Below are positions 10,124 to 19,244 of a DNA stretch of 19,244 nucleotides, piece after piece. A model generated the notes under the pieces. The model worked only from the letters and a program-made list of their open reading frames with translations. It ran no database searches and had not been told where the DNA came from. The stretch's first letter is position 1, and each line of letters begins with the position of its first letter. Made by a program: the position numbers and the translations under genes. This DNA is from Macrostomum lignano (Eukaryota): NCBI GenBank assembly GCA_002269645.1, contig NIVC01004346.1, forward strand, positions 1 to 19,244, read 5' to 3'.

Positions 10124-10854
10124 CTATTCATTATCTGTGAGCTCCATTCTACGCATGATCTCAAACAAGTCGGTTGGATCACTTGTTTCCCTTGTGGTCT
10201 GTGGTGCCTCTTCAGCGTCAATGTTTTTGAGATTATGCAAGCGTTCAAGACGACCGATTCTTCTCACCGATTTCTGCCATTCGGTAAAAACTAAATCTAC
10301 AAAGACTTTAATTGCAGTAATTCTTACTTTGATTTGATCATGCAACGCTGTTGACTGAGTCATGAACTCTTCTAAATTCCTCACTTTACCTGTGTTGGTT
10401 GCGACGTTTTCTTTAATTCTATCATGCAATGCTGTTGACTGGTTCATGAACTCTTCTAAATTATTCACTTTAGCTGTGTTTGTGAAAACTCCTCCTTCAA
10501 GAATACGCATCCGTCTATCAATGGAATTTCCCAGAAGATTAACTGTCGATCTAAGCCGTTGATTTGCGAGACTATCGAAGTTATTTCTGACCTTAGTTCA
10601 TTAGTTGCGTTTAACAACGGCACATAAAGCTTATCACTTTCAAACTTCTGCCTAGCTACTTTAAGCCTGAGATCTTCCATGTTTATTTGCAACTGGTGCA
10701 TGGAGCGCTCTAGGGCTTTCAGTCTGTTTTTATTCAGTTTGATCTCTGGGATCTCTTCGTCGCTGTTGATATATCGCCTGTCAAGGATGGATATTTGAGC
10801 TGATGTAAGAGCGCTGTTGCCAGAAATGGATTCACCTGCAAAGTTTATTGACAT
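10124..10854 (-). CDS. Coiled-coil protein with an internal 28-aa duplication, frameshift at ~10540
   Basis: Joins ORFs 10465-10854 and 10124-10510; heptad-like segments; 84-bp-period DNA repeat at 10337 and 10421. Confidence 0.6.
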
Positions 10855-10870
10855 CTTTTAATAGCAAATT

Positions 10871-11670
10871 TTAAATTACAGTTCTTTTTTCTTTGCTGAT
10901 AATCACAAACTGGTAAGGCTGATTCCACTTGTCATAGCAAAGATTAACGAATTCCTCTTGTGAAATCTTTCTGCTTGAGTTTTTTGTTGGATTTATGAAA
11001 TAGGCAGGCGCAATGACCTCATTGTAAAATCTTTTTAACCTGTCCTGTGGAATGGTTGGAAACAGGAGAATCAGATTGCAGTTCCCACGAATTGTTTTGT
11101 TCGGGAGCTCGAACCAGTTCTGTGCAATGTAAATTACATTACAATTGTTATGTCGCCCTCTTGTAAAATAGTTTTCTATCTGCTTCTGTGGGCCTGTCAT
11201 ACAATCATCAAAGACGATCAAATGCTTTCTCCCCTTTTCTAGCTCATCTGGTTGGGGTAGAAGTTTGGTCTTTGGATCAGCCTGTGGATCTCCATAGGTG
11301 AACACTTTAATGTTCTGCCATTTTTCATTGTCTTTGAGGTGCTTTGATATTCAGCAGCTACAATTTCTGGGTTACTGGGAAGGCTCATTTGGTTATTAAA
11401 ACATGCAATAATGTCCTCTTTGTTCAGCTTGTTTTGAAGCCCTGCAATCAGCATTCTATACTCATCTTGATACAGTGTGGGAGAGTAGATGTGCAGAGTG
11501 TCATAGTCGATAAAGCCAGGTCTAAGAAGCATGTTAAAGACTCTGAATGTTTTACCTGAACCTGATGAACCAACAACAATGCATCTGAAGTGACTCGGGA
11601 TTGACTCGTGATGAGAAAACTTAATCTGATTACGCGTCCAGTGAGGATTGAAGTCGTTTGAAAAGTCCAT
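10871..11670 (-). CDS. A32/FtsK-like genome packaging ATPase, frameshift at ~11320
   Basis: Walker A VVGSSGSGKT, Walker B LIVFDDC, and FTRGRHNNCNVIYIAQ...IRGNCN; ATG in AAAAAATG context at 11670. Confidence 0.94.
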
Positions 11671-11705
11671 TTTTTCTATGAAAAAAAAATTAAATAATAA
11701 ATCAT

Positions 11706-11810
11706 TTAGATGTGTCATTTCGGGACTTGAATGTGTCGTTTTGGGACTTAGATGTGTCATTTTGGGACTTAGATGTGTCATTTTGGGACTTAGATGTGTC
11801 ATTTTGGGAC
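11706..11810. repeat. 21-bp tandem repeat, 5 copies (ttagatgtgtcattttgggac)
   Basis: Units at 11706, 11727, 11748, 11769 and 11790; the last three are identical. Confidence 0.97.
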
Positions 11811-11853
11811 TAGTCTTATACTCTTACATGTCTTGTACCCTCGGAAAGTACCT

Positions 11854-12234
11854 TTAGTCAAATTTGAAACCACTTCCTTTTTTAATGCTTGCTCTCATCT
11901 TCTCATAGACTGCAGGGTCCACACTGTCTGGATTTGGGGCCAGCGGAGGCCAGCGGAGTTGAATCTCTTGTTTAGGTGTTACAGTATCCTTTATCTTTTT
12001 GGCTGCTGTGGCTACACTGCCAGCCGCTTCGGCAACGTTCTTGATGTTCTCTTTGTTCTCTCCAATGACCTTAAAAATCTTAGCCCCCTGAGCGATCAAA
12101 TCAGCAAGGCCATTCCCAGAGCGTTCTTTTCTTGGATAGTGGCCTGCAGGGAAAAGTCCAGATCCGCGTTTAATGAGATTAAGTTCCTCTTTGTCATAGT
12201 ATTTGTCAATGTCTTTTTCGAAAATAAGAGGCAT
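11854..12234 (-). CDS. Small basic putative core protein (pVII/pX-like precursor) with three GxG motifs
   Basis: MPLIFEKD...KRGSGL...RSGNGL...KKGSGFKFD*; start chosen at AAAAAAATG (12234) rather than the ORF-track start at 12354. Confidence 0.65.
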   Translation of the reverse strand: MPLIFEKDIDKYYDKEELNLIKRGSGLFPAGHYPRKERSGNGLADLIAQGAKIFKVIGENKENIKNVAEAAGSVATAAKKIKDTVTPKQEIQLRWPPLAPNPDSVDPAVYEKMRASIKKGSGFKFD

Positions 12235-12247
12235 TTTTTTAAATAAA

Positions 12248-13494
12248 TTATTTTTTGTTGAACCGCGAAAGCAGAAGCTCTCTCGCCCTCTTATCGATGT
12301 ATTTTCTCTCAAGCATTTTGTCCAGGATGTTGACAAATTCTTTTCTATTTTCATCTTTCATTCCGGTCTTTGCCGCTCCTAGAAGAACCGCTACTCGCTT
12401 GTAGATTTCAGAAATTCCTTTTCCAGTTGAGGGCGGTTGGTCTTGGGTTGTGGAGTTGGTTGGGCTTGTAGCTGCTGGGGAGGTGATGCAAAAGACTGCT
12501 CACTTTCAGAGATGGAACTGTCATGTGGTGCCTGTCTTTGTTGAGGTGTGAAAACTCTTTGATTGATTCTATTCATTCGATCTGGAGAGTGTTGTTCTAA
12601 GCGTTGCCAGTCTGTTGGGTTTTGTTTCTTATATTCAGCTACTTTCAAAGGGTCTAACTGCTCGAGTTGACTGAGTACTTGTTCTTCTGTGAAATGTTGC
12701 TGCTGTTGTGGCGGTCGTTGTTGTTGTTGTGGTTGCTGTTGCTGTTGTTCTAGATATTTCATCTGATCAATGACTTCCCCCTGATCTGGCAAACCAAACC
12801 ATTGTTTAAAGTGCTTGTACTTTTTGAATTTAGTCAGGTTGACACCGCCATTGTACATGTGTTTCAGAACTTCTGGGACCTTTAGTATTTCTATATCTCT
12901 AGCAAGAGAAAAAGTCACTAGATCTCTGTAGTTCTTTAGCTGCTTGTCCGAGATTCTCTCTTGGTTCTTGGTCATAAAAGTCAGTAAGGCGTCTGTGAAA
13001 GGAATTTTCATAGCTTCTGAGCCTTTGACAACAGAAATATTTTCCTTATTTATGTCGATATAATATTCCACTGGTTCATTATAAATGTTTTTTCTCCACA
13101 TACTTATTCCAAATACATATTTCCCATCATGTTCGACACGCTCTACTGGTCCAAAAATGTTATCTGTCACTTTTAGTTGCTGTTGTGGTTGTGATTGTTG
13201 TGGTTGTGATTGTTGTGGTTGCGGTTGTATCTGTCGTTGCGGCTGTATCTGTGGTGCTTCTGGAATTTTTCCCAAAGCCTTTTGCACCTGGGTTTCCTGT
13301 ATGTCGTCGATAGTTTCTTTGACCTGATCAATATTTTTCTTAGCTTCTCCATACCCGGGTTTATGAAACTCTGTGGCTGCTTGGACAAACTCATTGTAGG
13401 ATTGTTGCTCCTTATTTATTAGCCTGGTAACTCTCTTTTCTGCCTGCGCCAGCTTTTCTAGTTCAGATATCTGCTGTGTACTTTTTCGCTTCAT
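12248..13494 (-). CDS. Gln-rich Maverick-type protein (possibly the PZ-type family), frameshift at ~12415
   Basis: 367-aa ORF with DNIFGP and poly-Q tracts. The shifted frame continues EISEIYKRVAVLLGAAKTGMKDENRKEFVNILDKML...RFNKK* (stop 12248-12250), resembling a C-terminal LLG..AG...E...ILD motif recalled from Polinton proteins. Confidence 0.7.
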
Positions 13495-13524
13495 TTCTTA
13501 TTTTATTTTATTTTTAGTTAAAAA

Positions 13525-14819
13525 ATGAACGACCCACTGACACCAGTTTTCTACAAAATTAACAAGCCTATTTTGAGTGATGATAGCACAATCAAAGCGA
13601 CTCAGGTAAGAGTTCCCAGTCAGGAAAATCAGAATGAAACTAATCTTGGTCCTGGCCAAACACTGACATTTACATACAATGGATGTTCGTCTTTGGTCAG
13701 TGTCCACAGTCTAAGGAGCGGCTTCTATATGACGTTTCAATTCAAAACTAAAGGAGGCGCAGACGCCGCTCATGCTAATGATGATCTACACAATGCGGAT
13801 GTCGCACTAACCAGTAATTTTGGGCTTATATGTTCAAAGAGTTTAATGTGTCCAATGGAAGTACAGAGTTGGAAAGAATAGCAAACTTTGGTGTGGTCTA
13901 TGATACCCAGTGCTTGATTGAGAACCCGGATTTTATTCAGATGGGGAGCGGTGCTGGATTCATCCCCAATGAACAGACAGGAGATGAGAATGACCCTGGT
14001 TACAAAAAGAGAAAGGAGAGATACAACTATGCTCTTGCTGGTGAGAACGATGCTGCTAAGAATCCGTTGTTTAGGTCTGTAGATATTTTTGTACCTTTGA
14101 GGTTTATGAGTGGTTTCTGTAATAGTTTCAATCGGTTGACAAGCAACTTTAGCTACACATTTAGACTGACTAGAGATGATCGGAACAGAGGAATTTGGTC
14201 GGGGGCCAATCATACATCGATGGAGATTAAGCTAACTAGCGTGGAGCTGTACTTAGAAATTATTGAGCCCAAGACTGCACTCAAAGCTGAATACTTGAAG
14301 GCGATTGAGAAAGACATTGATGTTGCTTATACAGCTTATATGTGCAGAGATGAGCGGAATGACGCAAGACACAATATTTGCATTAAAGAAGGCTCCTGTA
14401 GCAATCCAAGGTACATTATTGTCACTATGAGGAATACAACTAATGTAGGTAGATATCTACATGGAAACATTCGATCGATTCAGCATGAGATCAGTGACAA
14501 TTTATACCCTGCATTGCCACAAAATGGGAATTTCTCGGAGAACAAGATTAGTAAGTTTTACAATGAACTGTCGGACTTGGCTGTCAAAGAGAATAACGGT
14601 ATTGTTTTGACAACATTGCAGTATAAAAAACTATATCCAATATTTGGTATTGATGTGACTGCTAGACAAATGCCTACAGACAATAGCCCTGTTAACATTG
14701 TGACTAATATCGAGCGGAAAGAATTTGGTGCCGCAACGGCTGTTGATCTGTTTATTATCTATGCATTTGAGAGGAAGATCAAGGTCAATATGATCAACAA
14801 CTCGTCTAGTAAAGTTTGA
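13525..14819 (+). CDS. MCP: Major capsid protein (double jelly-roll, hexon-like), frameshift at ~13828
   Basis: ~430 aa when stitched; beta-rich pattern with FVPLRFMSGFC, FRLTRD, NPRYIIV, LYPIFGIDVT; directly upstream of the penton gene. Confidence 0.88.
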
Positions 14820-14841
14820 ATAATTTTTTTCAATAAAAAAA

Positions 14842-15699
14842 ATGGAAGCCATAGCCGAAAGACTAAACAACATTGTTTCACACTCTAAGGAGAGCATTCC
14901 AATCACTGTAGCGGGTCGCATTACTGAGTCAAACGGAATCTTCATTCAAAAATTGGAGCAACCACTTCGTTTGGATCCCGAGGCGAATTACCACGTCTAT
15001 CTCAATGATTTCACTGGGTGGTCAAATGTTCCCAATGTGACAGCGGAAAATAACAAGTTTTATTACAAATGGAAGCGTACTACAACAGAGGTTGTGATAT
15101 TTCCTGTCAGCACACAGAGCGTGGATACTTATAATTACTTCTTGGAGAACGTCTTCACTAAACGAAAGCATTTTGAGATACCGGATGAAAGCAAACCAGA
15201 AAATAAACTGTTCCCTGTTAGATTAACTTATGATCTAACTGTCATGAGAGTTGTCTTGCAAGTTCATAAGGACGCAGAGGTAGAGTTTAAAGATGGCACT
15301 TGGTATCGCGAGTTGGGATTTGAAAAGAGAGTTTATGGTGGCGCCACAGACCAAAGCCCGCTGCAGGCGCCTGGCACTGTTGCTGTGTCCCGGCTAATAT
15401 CCGGTATGTACTTGGCGCCAAATATCGCTGACATTGTCAAAGGCTTGAATATATTAATTCGCAGCAATCTGAGCCATGATTGGATATTCAAGGGCAAACG
15501 AAGCAACATACTTTTTAACATTTCAAACTCTGTTGCTGGTGGCAAAATGCTTGTGCAAAAGCCAAACCCCGTGAAAAGAGTGATTCTGAGTAATAGAGAG
15601 ATACATGAAATCATTCTGCAGTTTGAAACAGAGGATGGAGTTGGTGTCGATTTTAACGGGGAAGAGTTTGTGCTAACAATTATTATTGAGAGAATGTGA
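14842..15699 (+). CDS. mCP: Minor capsid protein (penton, single jelly-roll)
   Basis: Intact 285-aa ORF with PLRLD..Y.V.L, SNVPNVTAENNKFYY, ILIRSNL, and C-terminal IHEIILQFETEDG..VDFNGEEFVLTIII. Confidence 0.88.
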   Translation: MEAIAERLNNIVSHSKESIPITVAGRITESNGIFIQKLEQPLRLDPEANYHVYLNDFTGWSNVPNVTAENNKFYYKWKRTTTEVVIFPVSTQSVDTYNYFLENVFTKRKHFEIPDESKPENKLFPVRLTYDLTVMRVVLQVHKDAEVEFKDGTWYRELGFEKRVYGGATDQSPLQAPGTVAVSRLISGMYLAPNIADIVKGLNILIRSNLSHDWIFKGKRSNILFNISNSVAGGKMLVQKPNPVKRVILSNREIHEIILQFETEDGVGVDFNGEEFVLTIIIERM

Positions 15700-15760
15700 G
15701 TCGTCTTCGGGCTTGTAAAAGTACGATATAAGCCGCCAGGTACATCCTTGTAGTTGGCTA

Positions 15761-15997
15761 CTACAACTGCCTTATAACTTCAGCAAGGTTATAATAGCTG
15801 TCAAAATCGTTAATGACTACTCCGTGTTTTTCAAACCAGTGTCTTTGGAGAGCTAGATTAATATTAGGGACATTGATATCAACGTCGGGCCAATATTTTC
15901 TCATGTACTCGCTGCATTCCTTCTTGCATCGGTACTTGCTCTTGAAATTAGGCTCATGCGCTTTGTAATAAGAACCTGGAGAGACAACTGGAAACAT
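15761..15997 (-). CDS. Small hypothetical protein (~78 aa)
   Basis: Open frame MFPVVSPGSYY... with AAAAATG start context and an upstream palindrome; no motif recognised. Confidence 0.45.
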   Translation of the reverse strand: MFPVVSPGSYYKAHEPNFKSKYRCKKECSEYMRKYWPDVDINVPNINLALQRHWFEKHGVVINDFDSYYNLAEVIRQL

Positions 15998-16024
15998 TTT
16001 TAGAGAAAATTTAGATTTTTTCAA

Positions 16025-16038
16025 AGGGTAAGGACCCT
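16025..16038. promoter_or_regulatory. Palindrome AGGGT-N4-ACCCT upstream of the minus-strand small ORF
   Basis: AGGGTAAGGACCCT lies 27 bp from the ATG at 15997. Confidence 0.4.
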
Positions 16039-16167
16039 GCGCTGATGATTTAAAGTCTTAGGGATCTGGTTTCACGTTGCGGATTGAATGTGGGGAGAAG
16101 AATGCAGATTATTTTCTGATTGTTTCGAAGATGCTATGGGTGGATGTCAGTGGATTAAAATGGGATT

Positions 16168-16546
16168 ATATTCGAAGTTTTCGGAACAAGTAGGACACCT
16201 GTTATGCTCTGATTCTGTCAGGGATAATATGGATGGATTTAATGGGATTATGTTCGAAGTTTTCGGAGCAAGTGCGGCCCCTCCCCTTTTTCATGATTCT
16301 GTCAAGGATAATATGGATGGATTTAATGGGATTATGGAGGACGTTTTGTGAGCGAGTGCGACCCCCCTTTTTTCTGATTCTGTCGGGGATAATATGGATG
16401 GATTTAATGGGATTATGGACGATGTTTTGTGAGCAGGTGCGACCCCCCTTTTTTTCTGATTCTGTCAGGGATAATATGGATGGATTTAGGTGGATTATGG
16501 AGGAGGTGAAAAATTTTGTCCCAGAAGCCCCCTCATGCCTTCTACT
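16168..16546 (-). repeat. Right TIR, containing four ~81-86-bp units plus a degenerate partial unit at 16141-16170
   Basis: Units at about 16420-16501, 16339-16419, 16253-16338 and 16171-16252; reverse complement of the left TIR; ends CTACT. Confidence 0.95.
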
Positions 16547-16547
16547 A

Positions 16548-16696
16548 GGATGGAACCCAGATCGTGAATGGTGCCAAGATCAAAAGTGGCGCCAAGATCA
16601 AGAGTGACATCAAGATCAAGAAGCGCCAAGATCAGGAATGGCGCCAAGATCAGGAATGGCGCCAAGATCAGGAATGGCGCCAAGATCAAGAATGGC
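16548..16696. repeat. 18-bp minisatellite (gaatggcgccaagatcag), 8 units including a degenerate first unit, plus a partial
   Basis: Units at 16548 (degenerate), 16566, 16584, 16602, 16620 (16 bp), 16636, 16654, 16672 and a partial at 16690. Confidence 0.93.
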
Positions 16697-19244
16697 CTAG
16701 ATGAATATACATATATAAGCAATCTGAAGTTCGTGGAGCTTCTCGCCCAAGACGACCCTTGGTTTCGATTCTTCTCGCGGCGCTATACTCGTACTACTAA
16801 GGCACTACAGAAAAAATCACCAAGGTGATTTCCAGTATTTAGCGCCTCTTTTTTTGGCAAGGGCGAAATTTTTAGTGCTATTCTAATACTGCAATAAACT
16901 TTTTTTCTTTATGTTAGAGTTCGCCTACTGATAAGTAGAAAGTATAGAGTATGGCGCGCAGAAAGTTTGGGCCGGCAAAGCATATCGCCATGCGAGAGTG
17001 CAGCAGAGTATAAGTAGAATTTCTGTTCTGAAATGCCGAAACTGGACGTTGATGTCGCCAGGGCTGCTCCCCCGGCCTTTCTAACTGACGAGAGCGTCGA
17101 GACTGAAGGCCCTATACTAGAGAACAGTTACATCGACGGTCCATCATCTGACGCACCCTGACCACTTGGTATTACTTTTGTGGGTTGCGTCTTTTGTCGT
17201 TGGTTGTTTATTTATCAGTTTTTTTGCATGGAAATTGGCCACCCTAGAACTTATTTCAAACTATGATTCACGTCCATGAGGGCCAGCCTGCCAAGAATAT
17301 GTATATTATACATGAGGGTTCACTATATATATATATCACTATATATATGAGGTGTTACTGTGTACATCCTGATGTACAGCCGTACATATGCTGAACTAAT
17401 AACCTACTAATTACTTCTTCAAGTTATATTCATTTAGAAAAAGTATTGTAACTCGTAATCCAAGATTAACTAATCGTTAGAATATTCAAAATAATATGAG
17501 TAAGTTTAAGTTTGGTTCAATATTGAGGTCTGAAAGCAAATTGGGAGCTAATTTTAATAAATACGAGCGTACTTTCTTTGCGTAATGTGCTACTAAAAGT
17601 AGAGCAGCCAAAAGAAATTCGAATTATTTTTAAAAGGAATGACGTGAAGATTTAAGATAGAGCTTGTCTTCACCGATTGTATCTAATATATTTTAGCAAT
17701 AAATTCGTTTCGAAATATTTTTCTTTTAAGATACGCGATTCTGCGACACACGACTTACAAATCTCTCTGGGGGATAGGAAAACAAAAATACGAAGTTCAT
17801 TTTTTTGAAGAAACAAAAAGTTGGTGATCATGAATCTTGAATTGTTGTAAAAATAGAATCATGCAGAGAATCATCAAAAGTGATATATTGAGTTGGTTGC
17901 ATCATTTGCAATGAATGTTTTGCTTTAAAATAAATGAAAAAAATAGATGAAAAAATTCGTAAAAGAAAAACAGATTATAATTCTCTTAACACTTGAATCA
18001 TGTAGTTCGTAAAAAAACAAATGAGGAACAAAACGTTAAGAATAATGTTTTACCGTCGATTTAACAGTTTAAAGAAAATAAGTTTCAGATTTTCAAAGCT
18101 TCGAATAAATAATTATAATAGTCAATATCTCATAAATATGCAGATGCTTAAATTTAGCTTCAAGATTTAAAACATCACCGAAGAAAAATGTTGCACATCT
18201 AAAACAAAAATGATTGAAATTCGAATTACATCTTATCAGATTTTTGAAAGTGTAGATTCATGAAAAAAATTTAAAAAATCCAGGCGCTTCATTTACTTTG
18301 ATTTTAATAGAAATCTAAGAAAAGTTGTAAATCTTCATAGGATTTAAATTGACTGGCTGGTTTTAATAAGGATATAGTATACTTACTGCATATACAGGTA
18401 CATGTCTTTAGCTTTCTTTATTGTTAAACTTGTTGAAACAGATGTTTTCATAAAAAAATTTATATGATTTTGCAAAAAATTACGAGTAGCAAAAGCGAAA
18501 AAATATTTTTTGTTACAATAAAGTGATTAAACAACGTTTTGATAGCTTCTTCACAAATTGCATTACCATATGCAGCTAGTTCCTAGAAAAGCAGCACATT
18601 ATTTACATGGCTGGTAGGTTCAATATTACATGCATCTAGCTAGCTAGTCTTTAAGTTTTATAATTTTTTATACACTCTCAATATATTTTCTTTGTTAATC
18701 TTTTCCATTAATCGCAAGCTGCCTATAGTTCTTCGAATTTGTGGTTGCACTGCTGCTGTCAAGTACATGTACATGTTTAAACTACACAGGCACTGATACC
18801 ACTGGAGAGATTCTTCCCTGGTGCCTTTGACCACCAGGACCCTTCGGGAACAGGTCAAGAACTAAACAGCAATTGGGGGAGCCGGTCATATCCAGGGGAT
18901 TGAGATCAAGAAGGCACTAAACACTAAACACGGGTCAGTGGGACTCTGCAGGCAAAAAATGTGCATCCGTGCTCTTGCCTGTACATGTACTTGCTGTATA
19001 CATGCATACGATGCTTGAACATTTCATCCATATGATTGAATTTTTTGTCGGGGGAAATATAGTTCATTTTACCAAATCACCAGCTGACGTCTAATTTTGA
19101 TTTTAGAACAGAACAAATCCCCCAATCGATCCAGCTTGGTTGCCAGTCGAAGTGGAGAAAGCAAAAATCACAGCCAGCACAGTTGCAGCCGCAGCGAAGG
19201 CCGGCTGGCCAGCGCTTCGAGCCGAGCCCTTGCCGACTGTGACG

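Larger units (their letters stand above)
1406..16546. mobile_element. Maverick/Polinton (adintovirus-like) element, structurally complete, 15,141 bp
   Basis: TIRs starting AGTAG and ending CTACT enclose INT, pPolB, cysteine protease, packaging ATPase, MCP and mCP, the defining Polinton gene set. Confidence 0.96.

Noticed and set aside
11706-11810. Possible CRISPR array (also considered for 16548-16696 and the TIR units)
   Set aside because: Repeats are head-to-tail with no unique spacers, there are no cas genes, and the context is eukaryotic.
3463-14819. Labelling the split genes as pseudogenes
   Set aside because: Catalytic residues are intact and lesions look like systematic 1-bp homopolymer losses also seen in the host gene; kept as CDS pending polishing.
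11794-15614. Antisense ORFs such as 11794-12246, 13770-14213, 14631-14945 and 15333-15614
   Set aside because: Shadow frames of well-supported genes on the opposite strand.
1406-16546. A nematode-type Maverick fusogen or captured toxin cargo
   Set aside because: No long Cys-rich, signal-peptide-bearing glycoprotein ORF is visible.
1404-16548. 2-bp AG match on both flanks as a TSD
   Set aside because: Too short (1 in 16 by chance) and unlike the ~6-bp TSD of Polinton integrases.
17033-18858. Short ORFs (17033-17161, 18658-18858) and the AT-rich block
   Set aside because: No recognisable motifs; consistent with intergenic or intronic DNA.
19107-19244. Possible host exon (open after TTTTAG on plus; hydrophobic C-terminus-like reading on minus)
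   Set aside because: Truncated by the window edge, ambiguous strand, no homology evidence.

Overview
Eukaryotic genomic DNA, probably from an invertebrate. It carries a ~15.1-kb Maverick/Polinton (adintovirus-like endogenous dsDNA virus) at 1406-16546, bounded by AGTAG...CTACT terminal inverted repeats (TIRs) that contain internal ~81-86-bp repeat units. The element encodes a DDE integrase, protein-primed PolB, adenain-like protease, A32/FtsK-like packaging ATPase, and major and minor capsid proteins. It also encodes a parvovirus-type PLA2 (PLA2X-like) gene, putative core/membrane proteins and an atypical RING protein. Most genes are split by single-base losses in short homopolymers. The flanking host neprilysin-like (M13) gene at 1-1204 is split the same way, which points to unpolished long-read error rather than decay. 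No 6-bp target-site duplication is visible, the two TIRs differ in repeat content, and the right end abuts an 18-bp minisatellite. 16.7-19.2 kb looks mostly non-coding and is AT-rich in its middle part. All family calls come from motif recognition by eye, not database searches.
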